In this document: positions 52,459 to 64,000 of the stretch, one piece after another
Layout: each line of letters begins with the position of its first letter
How positions within the stretch are numbered: the first letter of the stretch is position 1
The notes under the pieces: generated by a model
Database searches by the model: none
The model's input: only the letters and a program-made list of their open reading frames with translations
Told to the model about the DNA's origin: nothing
Position numbers and translations under genes: made by a program
From: Epiperipatus broadwayi
Taxonomy: Eukaryota > Animalia > Onychophora
Length of the DNA: 64,000 bases
Assembly: GCA_028023455.1 (NCBI GenBank)
Contig: JAQFVV010000010.1
Span: 2,976,001-3,040,000 of the forward strand
Direction of reading: 5' to 3'

Positions 52459-52546
52459 CTTCTCTCCCATGGATACTCCTCCAGTAGAGATCAAAACATC
52501 TGCTTTTTCAAAACCAGTCAAAACTGCTTTTAAAAGATCTTCAGGT
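52459..52546 (-). CDS. GPHN: Gephyrin coding exon, 88 bp: PEDLLKAVLTGFEKADVLISTGGVSMGEK
   Basis: atatag acceptor and gtaaaa donor. Contains the MoeA-family DV.I(S/T)(S/T)GGVSMGE motif and continues the frame of the 52821-52942 exon. Confidence 0.96.
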
Positions 52547-52820
52547 CTATATGTACATTTCAAAGTTAAAATATATTAAAATATGGTTTTGATTAATCTG
52601 TGTACACATTTGAATTGTATTTTTATTAGCATTATGTCAACAAAGCATCTGAAATATTTTTGAATAATCTATTATAAACTGGAAGATAATTAGTGAGATC
52701 CAGACAAACCAAGGTATAATGCTAATATTAATTAATAAATGTATATACAGATTTGAATCAAAAATATATTTTTATCAATAGCAAATTTAATTAGTAATAT
52801 AATTATTTATTATTCATTAC

Positions 52821-52942
52821 GTGTCAGAAGCAATGCCAAGATCAAAAGGAGAAAAGCCATAATCAGTTAAAAGAGATAGTAACATTGCCCTATTGCTATC
52901 TCTAATTTGCCCATATTCTAAAGGATGGCCTGGCTCAACCAA
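52821..52942 (-). CDS. GPHN: Gephyrin / molybdopterin molybdenumtransferase (MoeA/E domain) coding exon, 122 bp: LVEPGHPLEYGQIRDSNRAMLLSLLTDYGFSPFDLGIASD(T)
   Basis: Minus-strand tttcag acceptor and gtaatg donor. The peptide matches the gephyrin E-domain segment (G.IRDSNR..LL...GIV.D) recalled from vertebrate gephyrin. Phase 0 in, phase 2 out, compatible with the next exon. Confidence 0.95.
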
Positions 52943-53279
52943 CTGAAATTTAAAAAAACATAATCATATATAGCATTCACAGAGAAAATATAAATGAAAA
53001 AAATTTATAATTTAGTATAATTATTTCACAAATTAACAATAACACTTTTATTATAAAATGAAATTCTTTATATGGCTAAAACAATTCATTTTGAGCCCAT
53101 AGTAATAATCTTTTTTTTACTATTTACACTTAATTTTGAGGTTATTTTAGATGTTACTATTAATTATATGCTTTTTTTATTAACTTGTTGTGTTAATGTA
53201 TGTTTCTGTCTGTATATCCACAGTTTTGAAATTTGTAACAGATGAGAATTTTTTATACTTTTAACAATATAATATGTAA

Positions 53280-53690
53280 AAAAAAAAATTTTTTAAATAA
53301 GCTTTTATGTAAACAGTCCTAACAAACTAAAAAGTAGGAAAATAAAAAAGTAATCTGACAAAAAAGTAGAAAAAAACTGAATTTCATTTAATTTGCCATA
53401 CTTGGAAAATATCAAAGATCTTAAGAATCTAAACTTGTTAAAAAACAATTGGAAATTGCAGGAATATTGTTGTTTAAAAAGGCATTTGAGGCTCAATTAA
53501 TCATAAAAATAAAAAATAAACCTCAAATGCTTTTATAAAATGACAATATTCCTGCAATTTCCAATTCTTTTATAACAAGTTTAGATTCTTAAGATCTCTA
53601 ATATTTTCCAAGAATGGTAAATTAACCAAAATTCCGTTTTTTTAGGACTGTTTACATAAAAGCCTTATTTTTTTAAAAAAAATTTTTTTG
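53280..53690. repeat. Fold-back (MITE-like) element with arms of about 170-210 bp
   Basis: About 53280-53490 pairs with about 53520-53690 (atgtaaacagtcctaa / taggactgtttacat; gatcttaagaatctaaacttgtt / aacaagtttagattcttaagatc). Confidence 0.8.
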
Positions 53691-53884
53691 CAAATTATTT
53701 TCTTCTCTTAAAAGTGATGAGTTAATTTTCAATGATCTACTTGCAAAAAGAAGTTTGCTGTTAACTGAAAGGAGACCATTTAATTCCTCTTTGGGGGCAT
53801 AAAGGAAATGCACTAGATAAAATTCCCAATGCCAACTCTACAAATTCTTGTCAATGCAACTGTTATTACAATGTCTTTATTTAT

Positions 53885-54135
53885 ACAGTAAACAACAATG
53901 AATGGATAAGTTTACTATCTTTTTGCATTTAAGTTTAAAACCAAGAAATTTCCATGGTCTTTTTTCTCAATTAACTGCTAGTTTTTAATCAAACTATTAT
54001 TAAAATATCTATATTTACATAGTAAACAACCATAAATGGATAAGTTTAATAGCCTTTTGTATTTAAATTTAAGACCAAGAAATTTCCACGATTTTTTTTC
54101 TCAATTGCCTGTTAATTTTTAATCAAAGTATTAGC
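53885..54135 (+). repeat. Diverged tandem duplication of about 133 bp
   Basis: agtaaacaac...atggataagttt...accaagaaatttcca...tttttaatcaaa starts at about 53887 and again at about 54021. Confidence 0.75.
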
Positions 54136-54329
54136 TCAGTTTTATTGAAAGCAGGATAAATGTGTATGGGAATGATTTTTTTTTAGATATTTACAACCAT
54201 AACAGATATAACTAAATCATGGATCTTATTCCCAGGAAGTTATAAAGTTTGTCAGTGAAGACAATAGTTTGTAGCTGAAGGCAAAAAATGCAAAAATCCT
54301 CTGATTGAGGACTAAGGCTGTCATGTGAT

Positions 54330-57300
54330 AACCATATATTTAGCTACTGAAAACAGCAATTATTTTCAAATGTAAGAAAAATTATATAAACTCTTAAGGA
54401 CTGACTAATATTAAATGGGACATTGTTGAACTTTGTGAAGTTAGGAAATATTTGAAGTAACAATTGATTGAAAACTATTTTTTAACAAAAGCACAAAGAA
54501 GCACAAGTGGGATTCATTATAAATAAAAAATCCAAGAATAATATTGTGGAGATTGATGATATATCAGACAGAATAGAAAAATTAGTTATACAATTAAGAG
54601 ATAGATAATTCAGGTTTATGCCTCAACAAGTTCTCATTGTGATGAAGTAAAAAAAATTTAAATAGATATAAAAAAATGATTTTGATCAAATCAAACATTT
54701 TAAAATTGTCATGATAGAATTTTATGCTAGATTTGAAAGTGATTGAAGGATAAAAATCTCATGCGTAAATTTGATTTTGGTGTCAGAAATGAGAAGAATA
54801 CAGAAATTCCACAAGAAAAATTGCATATTATGAATTCTTTCTTTTGGACAAATGCTAAATGGAAATGCATAAGGAAACATCCAATAAAAAAAAATTGAAT
54901 ATTATGAGTTCTTTCTTTAAGAAAAATGCTAAATAGAAATGTACAGGGAAACATTTAAATGAAAGCAGAATTGGATTATATTGTGACTAACAGAAAATAT
55001 ACATTTCAAGAATGTAATGATTTTAATAGATTCAACAAAAGAAGTCATAATGGATTAGTGAGATATATACATGTCACCACAAAACTAGAAAGATAAAAAT
55101 ACATATATGTTAATGCAAAACTAGCAAAATGAAAAATAAAAAAGATAATAATTCTAATCTTCAGACAACACAAATAAATTAGAATTGTTAATCACTTTAA
55201 AAAAAAAAAAAAACTACTTTGAAGATTGTTCAAACTTAAATGAGATCAATAAGATAACTGATATTCAACTAAGAGCTACAACAGATAGCTGATACAAAAA
55301 AGCAGCAATTCACCAACAAATTTTCAGTTGAATAAAGTAATATGTGAAGAAAGGGAGAATGTGAAAATGTTTATAAATGATGCATTAAGAAGAATTGAAT
55401 ATCTAGAAGTCTGTATAATGATATGAAAAAGACTTAATCATTATATAATAAAATATAATTATGAATTAGCAAAGAAATTTATAGAAAAGAATAAAAAATA
55501 TAGAATAACATCTTGGATTGGAAGAAAAATTATTAAGAAGAAACTATTGTTAAAAAGAGAGGCAATATCATGAAATGTGTGGAAAATTTCTACTAGAAAT
55601 TATATACAATAAAGAACAAGAAATGAAATTATCACATCTCCAGAATTTCCCAGCAATTTAAATGAAGTAGTGAGATATACAATTAAATAAATACAATTAT
55701 ATCTATGAAGAAGGGAAAAGTTTCAAGAATTGATAGAATTATTACTGACATCTTAAAAAAATGTCAAATGTTTACATAATTAAGATGTACCAGATATTTG
55801 GATAAATGCAATACTAATACTAATATTTAAGAAAGATGATAAGGAAGTTTTATATCCAGGAGTAACCTGACCTTACTAATTGAATAAGCATGAAATGTTC
55901 CAATCAAGAACACTAAACATGGGGATGAAACTTAACAAATCAACATAACACAGACAAACAGATGTAATTACACAACTTAATAACTAGTTGACTAGACAAC
56001 CTTTTGTAGTTTCACAAACTTATAACTCAAAAAACAGACATTATTTTTTACTAGATATAGTACTATATACTGATCTCCACACATTTCTGCATCTACATAA
56101 TCTTTTGCAATTTTATATCCTTGAGAATAATTTTCTAAAATGCATAGTTAATGGGCAGATTATTTAATTTTATCATCTGTTTTTTATATAGAAACACAAT
56201 ATTATTATTTTCGATGAGTTTAAAATATATGTACAAGCAGACACATTATTTTATTAGTCAGGCAGAAAATATCCCCTCACTCTAGAAAATTACCTGAATT
56301 TTTAATTACATATATAGTCATTAACTCATTCTGTTCTGTTTTTCACCTGTCTTTGTGGTACAACTGGTCATTGTTCCTTCATTGTACTTTCTCTGTCATC
56401 TTCATCAATTTGCTTTGCATTGAATAGTTCCTCTAATGGTAACTCTGGTGATTCATCAGGATAGTCAGTCATTCTCAAGGGATCAGCTTTTTCCACCTGC
56501 TCAGTCCTGGGCCTTTATTTCCCTTGTCCTTTTGATAATTCACCAACATTCTTTTGCTAATGGAGAACATATTCTCCTATTCTCTACTTCGAATGACACA
56601 CTTTGGCAGCTTCTGAGTTGGTTTATGTATCTTCAGCTTCATTTCTATCAGTCAGCCAGATCATTTTTAGCTGTTAGGACAATATATTCAATATAGCTCT
56701 GGTTCACCATTGCTTTTCATCATGTCATGTAACCCTATTAATTCAACTATATTACATTTCAGTTTCTAATTTATTCTCCTTCTTGATCTGATTAAACTAA
56801 CACTAACATGTGAGTCCAAAATTTTCTCCTAAAAAAAAATTTCCACAGGCGTTTTTCTAGTAATCTCATTTGGTATAAAATGTTAGAAAAATAGAGTAGC
56901 TTTTAAAGCTTGAAAAATATATTTTACAAATGATTTTATTAAAATCTGATTCAACTGCTGTACTGCTTTTTCGATTAATCCATTTAACAAGTTGAAATGG
57001 GGGGGGGGTGTTAAAATATGCCATATACCCTTCTTAGCTAGGAAATCTTTTTGTTGCAATAAAACAAACCCAACTCCATTGTCTAAAAGCAATAATTTCT
57101 GGAAAATCTGTGGCACACAAGTAGTTCATTTAATATTCTTGCAGAATCCATTATGCTTGTACTTTTTACAACTGTATATTCCACCTGATCATCTGCTGAC
57201 TTGCATGATCTCAAGACTACTTGATTTCTTAATATTCATAACAAAAGTCTATAATTGGTATAAATCTTGAAAGAAACATGTGTATACATACTGGTGAAAC

Positions 57301-60300
57301 TTATATACTATTGCCAGGGCTCCTTATCCAGCTGATTATAATTCTTTTCAGCTGCCAATAAAGTTCTGGAAGTATAAACAATCAAGCATTCTCCTCCATT
57401 GACCCTGTGTGAAATAACTGCTCCAAATCCATATTCAGAAGCATTCTTGGTTGCAATTACTTCTTGTTCATCTTTACAATAGAGGAGTTGATTCAACATT
57501 AAATATTTTTTTAATTTTATTAAAAGCTGTGTCATGTTCATCTCTCCACTTCCATCACTGTTTTTTTTTTTTTAGTAAATCAAATAGCAAAGTTGCTACA
57601 TTTTCTTTTTAAAAACACTTGAAAAAGATTAGCAATCTCAAAAACCCTTGCAAGTTCTTCATATTTTTAGGTTTAGGTGCATTTGGACAACTAACTTTTT
57701 CTGGATTCAAATACTTCCCTTTGCTGTTAAACACATGCCCTAAAAACTCAATTTCCTTTGTGTACCAAATACACTTCATAGCATTTAGCTGCGCTCCAAA
57801 TTTTTTCTAATCTTTCAAATATTTTATTTACATGTGCACTTAATTTCTGCAGTTATTAAAATATCATTGAAATAGGGAATAACTATCTCCATCCTCTGTC
57901 ACAGTCCATCCATCTTATCTTGAAACACTTTCAGGCCAATGGTTATTCCATATGGCTAACAGTCTCAAATGTGTATTTATAGACAAAAGTTCTGCTGCTC
58001 TTGTTGTTATCAGAATCTGATAAAAAGCAGACTGCAGATCAATCTTAGCAAATTATGATGCTTTTTGCAGCAATGCTAAAACTTCATAAACATTAGATAT
58101 AGGGTATGCTCCTTTGTTAATATACTTATTTAGAGTCACACAATAAACATCACATAAGTGAACAATCCCATCTGGTTTTAATATCATTACAATGAGTGTT
58201 CCTCATGATGCTTCCTTAACAGATGTTATTACTCCCTTCACTACTAAATCTTTAAGTGTTTCTTCTATCTTGGCTTTTAATGCAAAGAGAATTTTTCTAA
58301 ATCTACAGACAACATATTGAGCATTTTTTGTTAATTCAATATCAATCATCTATGTATTTATTTCCGAAAAATCTGATTTAACTATCCGTAAAAACTTTTC
58401 ACAAACTTCTGATTCCAACTCATTTAATTATTTTTTATTCTAATGCCTAATGACCTAAACCAATTTCTGCCTAGAAACAGACTTAAATCTCTTTAAATAT
58501 ATACAAAAGTAGATGTTTTATATTTCTTATTTAGTTTCATTGGCGTAATTATGATCCATTGTATTTCTATAGGCTTTCCATTTACATTGGTCACTGTTAA
58601 ATTAGTTTTAACTATTGGGTAAATTCCTTTTATTTTTCTTTATAATATTTAATCAATCTATTTGCAACAAGAGACACACACTTTCTTCTCACAAGTACAA
58701 ATATACAGTACAATGTGATTATTGCTATTAACATTTGACTCTTTGAAGTTGATTTATTTTTTAATGTTTCTTCTAGATTTGCAATCTGGTACTAAATTGT
58801 CTATTTTTTTTTTTTTAAAATAAACTTAAGACAAATGACCCTTAACACTGTAAATATTACAGCAGTCATTTTTAGATTTGAACTTATTTTTTATATGACC
58901 CAGTCTACTGCAACCATAGCATGTCCAGGTGCTATCAACATTATCTTGCTTCATTTTCTCTGCTTGCTCTTTATTCACACTTATTTTTGGTTTCCTTGCT
59001 TCCGTACTGTTTTGAAACTCTGTTACACTTTCCAACACAGCTTCATAAGCTACACAGTTTTCAATAGTACATGTAAAGGTTAGTTCAGTTTCACTCAGCA
59101 ACAATTGTTGAAGCTTGCTGTAATCATTCCTCACAATAGCTGATCAAAAAGTCAGCTTAACCCTGTATTCCATGTCGTAATCCTGTATCTTTTCATATTC
59201 TGCTTAGTTTCTACTTGTAAACTGCAAATGTATTACATGTTAAGATGTAATAGGCTTAAAATGCCTGCTTAATTTATCTTTTAATTCTTTGTTCGATATA
59301 TCTTTTGGGACATTTGGATCGCACAGTCAGTTAATAACCTGCAACACTTCTTTTATTGAAAACCACATCAATGTCACCATTTTAAGTTTATTCTTAACTA
59401 TATTATCGATTGATATATATATATCTTTCCAATTGTGCAACATATATTTGCCATCCCACTGCATCATTTACTTTGAACTCGCAAAAACAATTATTTTGCA
59501 CTTCCAAATGATATCTATCTTCACCGCTCTTAGCTCTTTTTTATTTTATTTTCTTCACAAACTCTCACACTGACATACTGGGTCATTTAGGTATAAGCAC
59601 CAGATGGCTTTCTTTTTACTATCCACAGGTTCTCTCTGAGTGTCAGACTGTGTCAATGCACTACATCCAGAGTTAATGTAACCACCACCAGCTGAATAAA
59701 CATCAAATGTTCTAATCAAAAAAAAAAAAGGTGAAACTTAACAAATTTGGGTTTATTAACCTTACATACATGAACAAATACAATTATTCATTTTTACAAC
59801 TAGTCTACTAGATAATCCTTTGCAATTTCACAAATGTATAACTCATAAAAACAGACTTCTCACTAGACATGGTACTACAGACTGATACCTGCACATTTCT
59901 GCATAATCTTTTGACTTTTAAAAATAATTTTCTAGAGTGAAGAGTATTTAATTTCCTGTCTGACTATATTTACATACAAATATTTTATGCAAATACAATA
60001 ATATTATTTTACATCAGTTTAAAATATATATACAAGCACACACATAACATTATTTTATTATCAGACAGAGCAGGTAGACATAAAAAAAATTACAGACATA
60101 TCAGTCCAATATCTAGTTCTACATAAAATCTTTAACAAAATCATTATAACTCATCTATAGTAAACTTTGAGCTCAAACCAACAACTGGATTCAAACGTGT
60201 TTTTAGCACAGTGAACACATTCACATTTTGAGAGAAGGTATAGAAAGGATTAATCAATATAAGCTGTCATTATGCTTTAGATTTGTAGATTATGAAAAGG

Positions 60301-61223
60301 CATCTGATTCTATAAGTATTTACATGGTGAATGAGCAAAGATTTAGGCCATCAAAATATAGACTCAGGTTATTAGCATATTCTGAAGAGTATTAATCAAA
60401 ATGTGTTAGCAGTGATTAGAATACAGTGCAACACTAATAACATTAACATTAATAAGTATGCATGACAGTATGATTCCATATATTCAAAAGTTTTTTATAG
60501 CAGCTTATTTAAGTCATTTAGATTTTGGTACAGGATATGGTTATTTTTACAAATAATACTTCAAAGCTTCAAGAAATGTGCAAAAATTATCAAATGAAAG
60601 TAAAAAGTAAGACTAAATGTAACTATTAAAAAGAAAATAAAGATTAATAATCATGAATTAAAAAAAGTCAACAACTACAAAAATCTTAGTTGTACTATTA
60701 ATACATTTTGGATAAAATTAGTCATAAAATTATATTTTCATAGAGTAATTTGGATAGAAATAACAATATTAAAAAAGAAATATCCCTATATGTTTAAAAA
60801 AGAAAGGTTTTAATAGATATTTTATCAGTTATTACTTATAGATCTGACACTTGGACATTTAACAGAATTTTAAAACACTCAACAAAATATAGAGAGAATT
60901 ATATTAATGGTAATAAGAAAGAATAAAGAGCAAAATACTTAAATGAGAAAATAAATAGGCATTATTTATATCATTGAAAAAATTAAGAGACTAAAATGGA
61001 GCTGGGTTGGCAATAATAGATAAATAGTTGAAGTCTTAAATTAGATTCCAAAAGTTTGTGAAAAACTTAGAAAGAAATCACATGAAAAATTAATGAATGT
61101 AGCAAAATTTTATTGGTATAATGTGGAAAAGAGTGACTATGAATTCATGAAACTATATTAAACTTGGCGGGACCTTTATTAAGCAATTGATCTACAATGA
61201 TTGAAAATGATTATGATGATGAT
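54330..61223 (+). mobile_element. Decayed RTE-clade LINE split by a Gypsy insertion
   Basis: APE motifs (IKWDIV.LCEVR, Y..TSSH.DE). KKDDKE|DIKNYR across the insertion. FVDYEKA.DS (RT). 3' end with an (ATG)n tail at about 61210-61223. Confidence 0.85.
55848..60072 (-). mobile_element. Decayed Ty3/Gypsy LTR retrotransposon nested in the RTE LINE; TSD GGAAG/GGTAG
   Basis: LTRs at about 55848-56269 and 59657-60072, PPT gaggggata, PBS-like ttgacacagtc. gag with CCHC (58826-59134), RNase H (ASEYGFGAVISH...AEKNYNQLDKE) and integrase (DNGVGF...NGLIEKAVQ). Confidence 0.88.
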
Positions 61224-61641
61224 TTTTTCATATAAGAATTCTCTTTTTAAAAAAATAATTACATCAGATTCCTATTAAATGGTAACATTTCAGTGATAAT
61301 CCATTTAACATCGATCTATTCATTAGATCAATTCACTCCCTTCTATCATTAGGATTCAGTAAATCATTAAATAATATTCAACTATAAATAATCCTAATAT
61401 ATAATGTAGAAATATATCTTCATTGAGTCTCCATTCGAATAAATTATAAACAATATCACTGTAAATAATTATTATGACTAATTACATGAATATGAACCCA
61501 TTTTTTTATTATTAAATTGACACCCATAGTAAAACCTGTCCAAGTCTCATTTTCACCTGTAAGTATTTTGGCAAGTTCTTTCCACTAATATTAATAAAGT
61601 GATGTAATGATGAGATATCTGTTTTGAAAAATGGCCATATA

Positions 61642-61990
61642 TGCTGTGTCCCCAACTATGACTGTGCGACCAGCAAACAAATATACAATAAACTCAACAG
61701 ATAACAGCACATATATATATTTAGCAATAATAATTTATTAACAATTAGGAAAAAGAATTACTATACTAATCGTTAACACAAATATAAAGTGTGCATTTGA
61801 ACTAGCTTAATTCACAGATTAATTGCTGAATAGCAAATAATGTTAACTACATTTAGGTAAGCTATTATTCACTTTACCTTCACTAATGTCTATAGTCTTT
61901 ATAAATACAACCCTTGACGAGCCTTTTGAGGCATTTCAAAATAATAATAAGACCGGGATGGTCTGTTAAAAGTACTAGTTGGATTAATAA
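61642..61990 (-). mobile_element. Partial LTR of a family related to the 20056-23639 element, in reverse orientation
   Basis: tgctgtgtccccaacta.gactg...gaccagcaaacaaata... is the reverse complement of the 3' part of the 20056-20873 LTR over about 340 bp. Confidence 0.75.
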
Positions 61991-62029
61991 CAGATATATT
62001 AGCCATGGATGTGAATAGAAATAAAGGTT

Positions 62030-64000
62030 AATACAGCATCGATGCGGCATTACCGAAATGAAATTCACATTTATGGAAAAGTTTCAGTTTTGGTGAAAGT
62101 AATCAATAAATTGAGAGTATTACTACTATTTATAGTAAAAAAAGACATAAGTCTATTGCTCAATCGAAATTGGTTCTATTAGTCATAAACCTAAAAATAA
62201 TTTTAAAAAGTTTAATTAGAAGCAGAACTAAATTACTTGATCTTTTTAAATAGGGAATAGCTGAAATAAAGACACAACCAGTAGATGTCGAATTATTAAA
62301 AGACATGCAACCTACAGTGTACAAACCACGAAATATTCTTCATGTTTTCAAGCAAAAGGTTGAAGAGATGATTGCTGATATGGTTAAAAAGAGTATTATC
62401 ACCTGTGGAAGACTAATCATGGTCTATTCCTGTGGTAGCAATTATTAAACTGGATAGAACTATTCATATTTGTGGAGACTAAAGAGTTAACTTCAATAAA
62501 TACATTAATAAGGGCACTTATCCTACACCAAGTGTTTGTGAAATATTACCATCTTTGCAGAGAGCCTCATTTTTTATAAAAGTAGATTTAAAGTTTGTGT
62601 TCCATCAGATACCAGTTACAGAAACATCTGCAGAGTGGTTAATGTTAAACACCCATGTCAATCTGTTCAAATGTAACAAATTATCATATGGAATTACAAT
62701 GACTTTGGACATTTTTAACTGAAGATGGATATATTATTGCAAGGCATAGGCAGAATCATTTCTTATTTAGATGACATTTTGATCACCATCCAGATATGAA
62801 GAAGAACTGGAAAAATAAATGATAGAAGTGTGTTCAAAACGAAGCAAAGTTGGAGCGAGATTGAAAACTGCAAAGTGCATTTGGGAAACTTCAGAGATTA
62901 TATTCTTGGGGCATGTAATAAATAAGGAGGACAAGTATTCAAACCCAAAAAGATGAGAGCTGTAAAGGAAGCAGCAACTCCAAAAAACAGCAAAGAGTTG
63001 CAAGCTTTTTTGGGAAACTATGAGAGTTTTCTCCAGGGCAAATCACATATACTAACACCATTGTATGATTTATTACATGAAGTACAATGTTGGAGATGGG
63101 CAGAAGAATATAAAGTAGCATTTCTGAAAGCAAAGGACATACTTCTGTCTGAGAAAGTCTTTGTTCTTTACCAAAGTGACCTGGAAGTGACTATTACTAG
63201 AAGCTTTGAAATTTGGAGTCAGAACTGTCATCTCTCATCATTCAATAAAGGCAAATTCTCAATTGCATATGCTTCCAAAACTTTAACATCAAGTGAAAAA
63301 TATTATAATCAGCTAGATAAAAAAAAAACCTGGCTATTATTTTTGCAATAAAAAAGTTCCATCAATATGTATATGGATGAAAATTTATATACTGATCATT
63401 GTCCCTTATATAAAGTTTTCAACAAAAATAAAAAAAACTCCTGAATATGCAAGCCAGAGATTTTTAAGATGAATAAATAATTTAGTCACATATGATTGTG
63501 ATTTAATATTTAAACCAAGTAAGCAAATTACACATGGTGATGCTGTATCACACTTACCTGCGAGAGATAGAAACCAGTGAGTTTCTAAAAGTAAACTTAT
63601 TGGATGTGTTTAATCAAGAAAATTTGAATAGTATCAAAGTAGCAGAATAGACTAATAGAGACTATGAGTACATTGGAGAAAAAGTACTGGATCCATTTCA
63701 GATGGCCAAAAAGTCAACCAAGCTACATCACAAAGCCAATCTGGAATGCCCGCCAGAGTTTGTCTGCAATGAATGTATCCTGATGATGGACCAAGTGCTG
63801 ATACCAATCAAAGGTTGTAAGTAAGTGCTCAAGCTACTACACAATGGCTATCCAGGACTGGTAGGAATGAAGGTGCTAGCATGTTCATGTGTGTGTGTTG
63901 ACCAATTTAAATAGTGAAATAAAACAGATGGTAAACCCTGTAGTGAGAGTCAATCTACAGCTGATTTACTAAATAAAACTTGCAAATTGTGACAGAAGCT
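62030..64000 (+). mobile_element. Ty3/Gypsy pol remnant (protease C-terminus, RT, RNase H, integrase N-terminus), truncated by the window end
   Basis: PVVAI.K.D.TI.ICGD, YLDDI, ELQAFLG, AYASKTLTSSEKYYNQLDK and LHNGYPGLVGMK; many stops. Confidence 0.9.

Noticed and set aside
1-64000. CRISPR arrays, rRNA or tRNA genes, prokaryotic operons
   Set aside because: The sequence is eukaryotic intronic DNA. The tandem repeats lack unique spacers and no structural RNA genes were recognised.

Overview
AT-rich (about three-quarters A+T by eye) metazoan genomic DNA, probably invertebrate. The window lies inside one host gene on the minus strand. Five small GT-AG exons encode part of the C-terminal MoeA/E domain of gephyrin (GPHN/cinnamon-like): LVEPGHPLEYGQIRDSNR...GGVSMGEK|DLLKHII...FGRVFMKPG|LPTTFAT...LPG|NPVSAAVT...IVKAK. 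Introns of 8-20 kb separate most of them, and both ends of the gene appear to lie outside the window. The introns are filled with decayed and nested mobile elements: a CR1-type LINE with a PHD+esterase ORF1, two RTE LINEs, several Ty3/Gypsy LTR elements with TSDs, Merlin and Tc1/mariner remnants, Penelope-like GIY-YIG elements and many fold-back repeats. The most interesting signal is a set of eleven minimal type-I hammerhead-ribozyme motifs with short palindromic stem III, intact or decayed. Most sit in two related non-coding elements of about 0.8 and 1.0 kb (5077-6121 and 43958-44761). Each has a 12-13 bp target-site duplication, one inverted partial copy and two tandem hammerheads 411 or 454 nt apart. 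This is a retrozyme-like or non-autonomous Penelope-type architecture, found next to Penelope elements that carry their own hammerheads. All calls were made by eye. Exon, ribozyme and TSD coordinates were counted base by base; other element boundaries are approximate.
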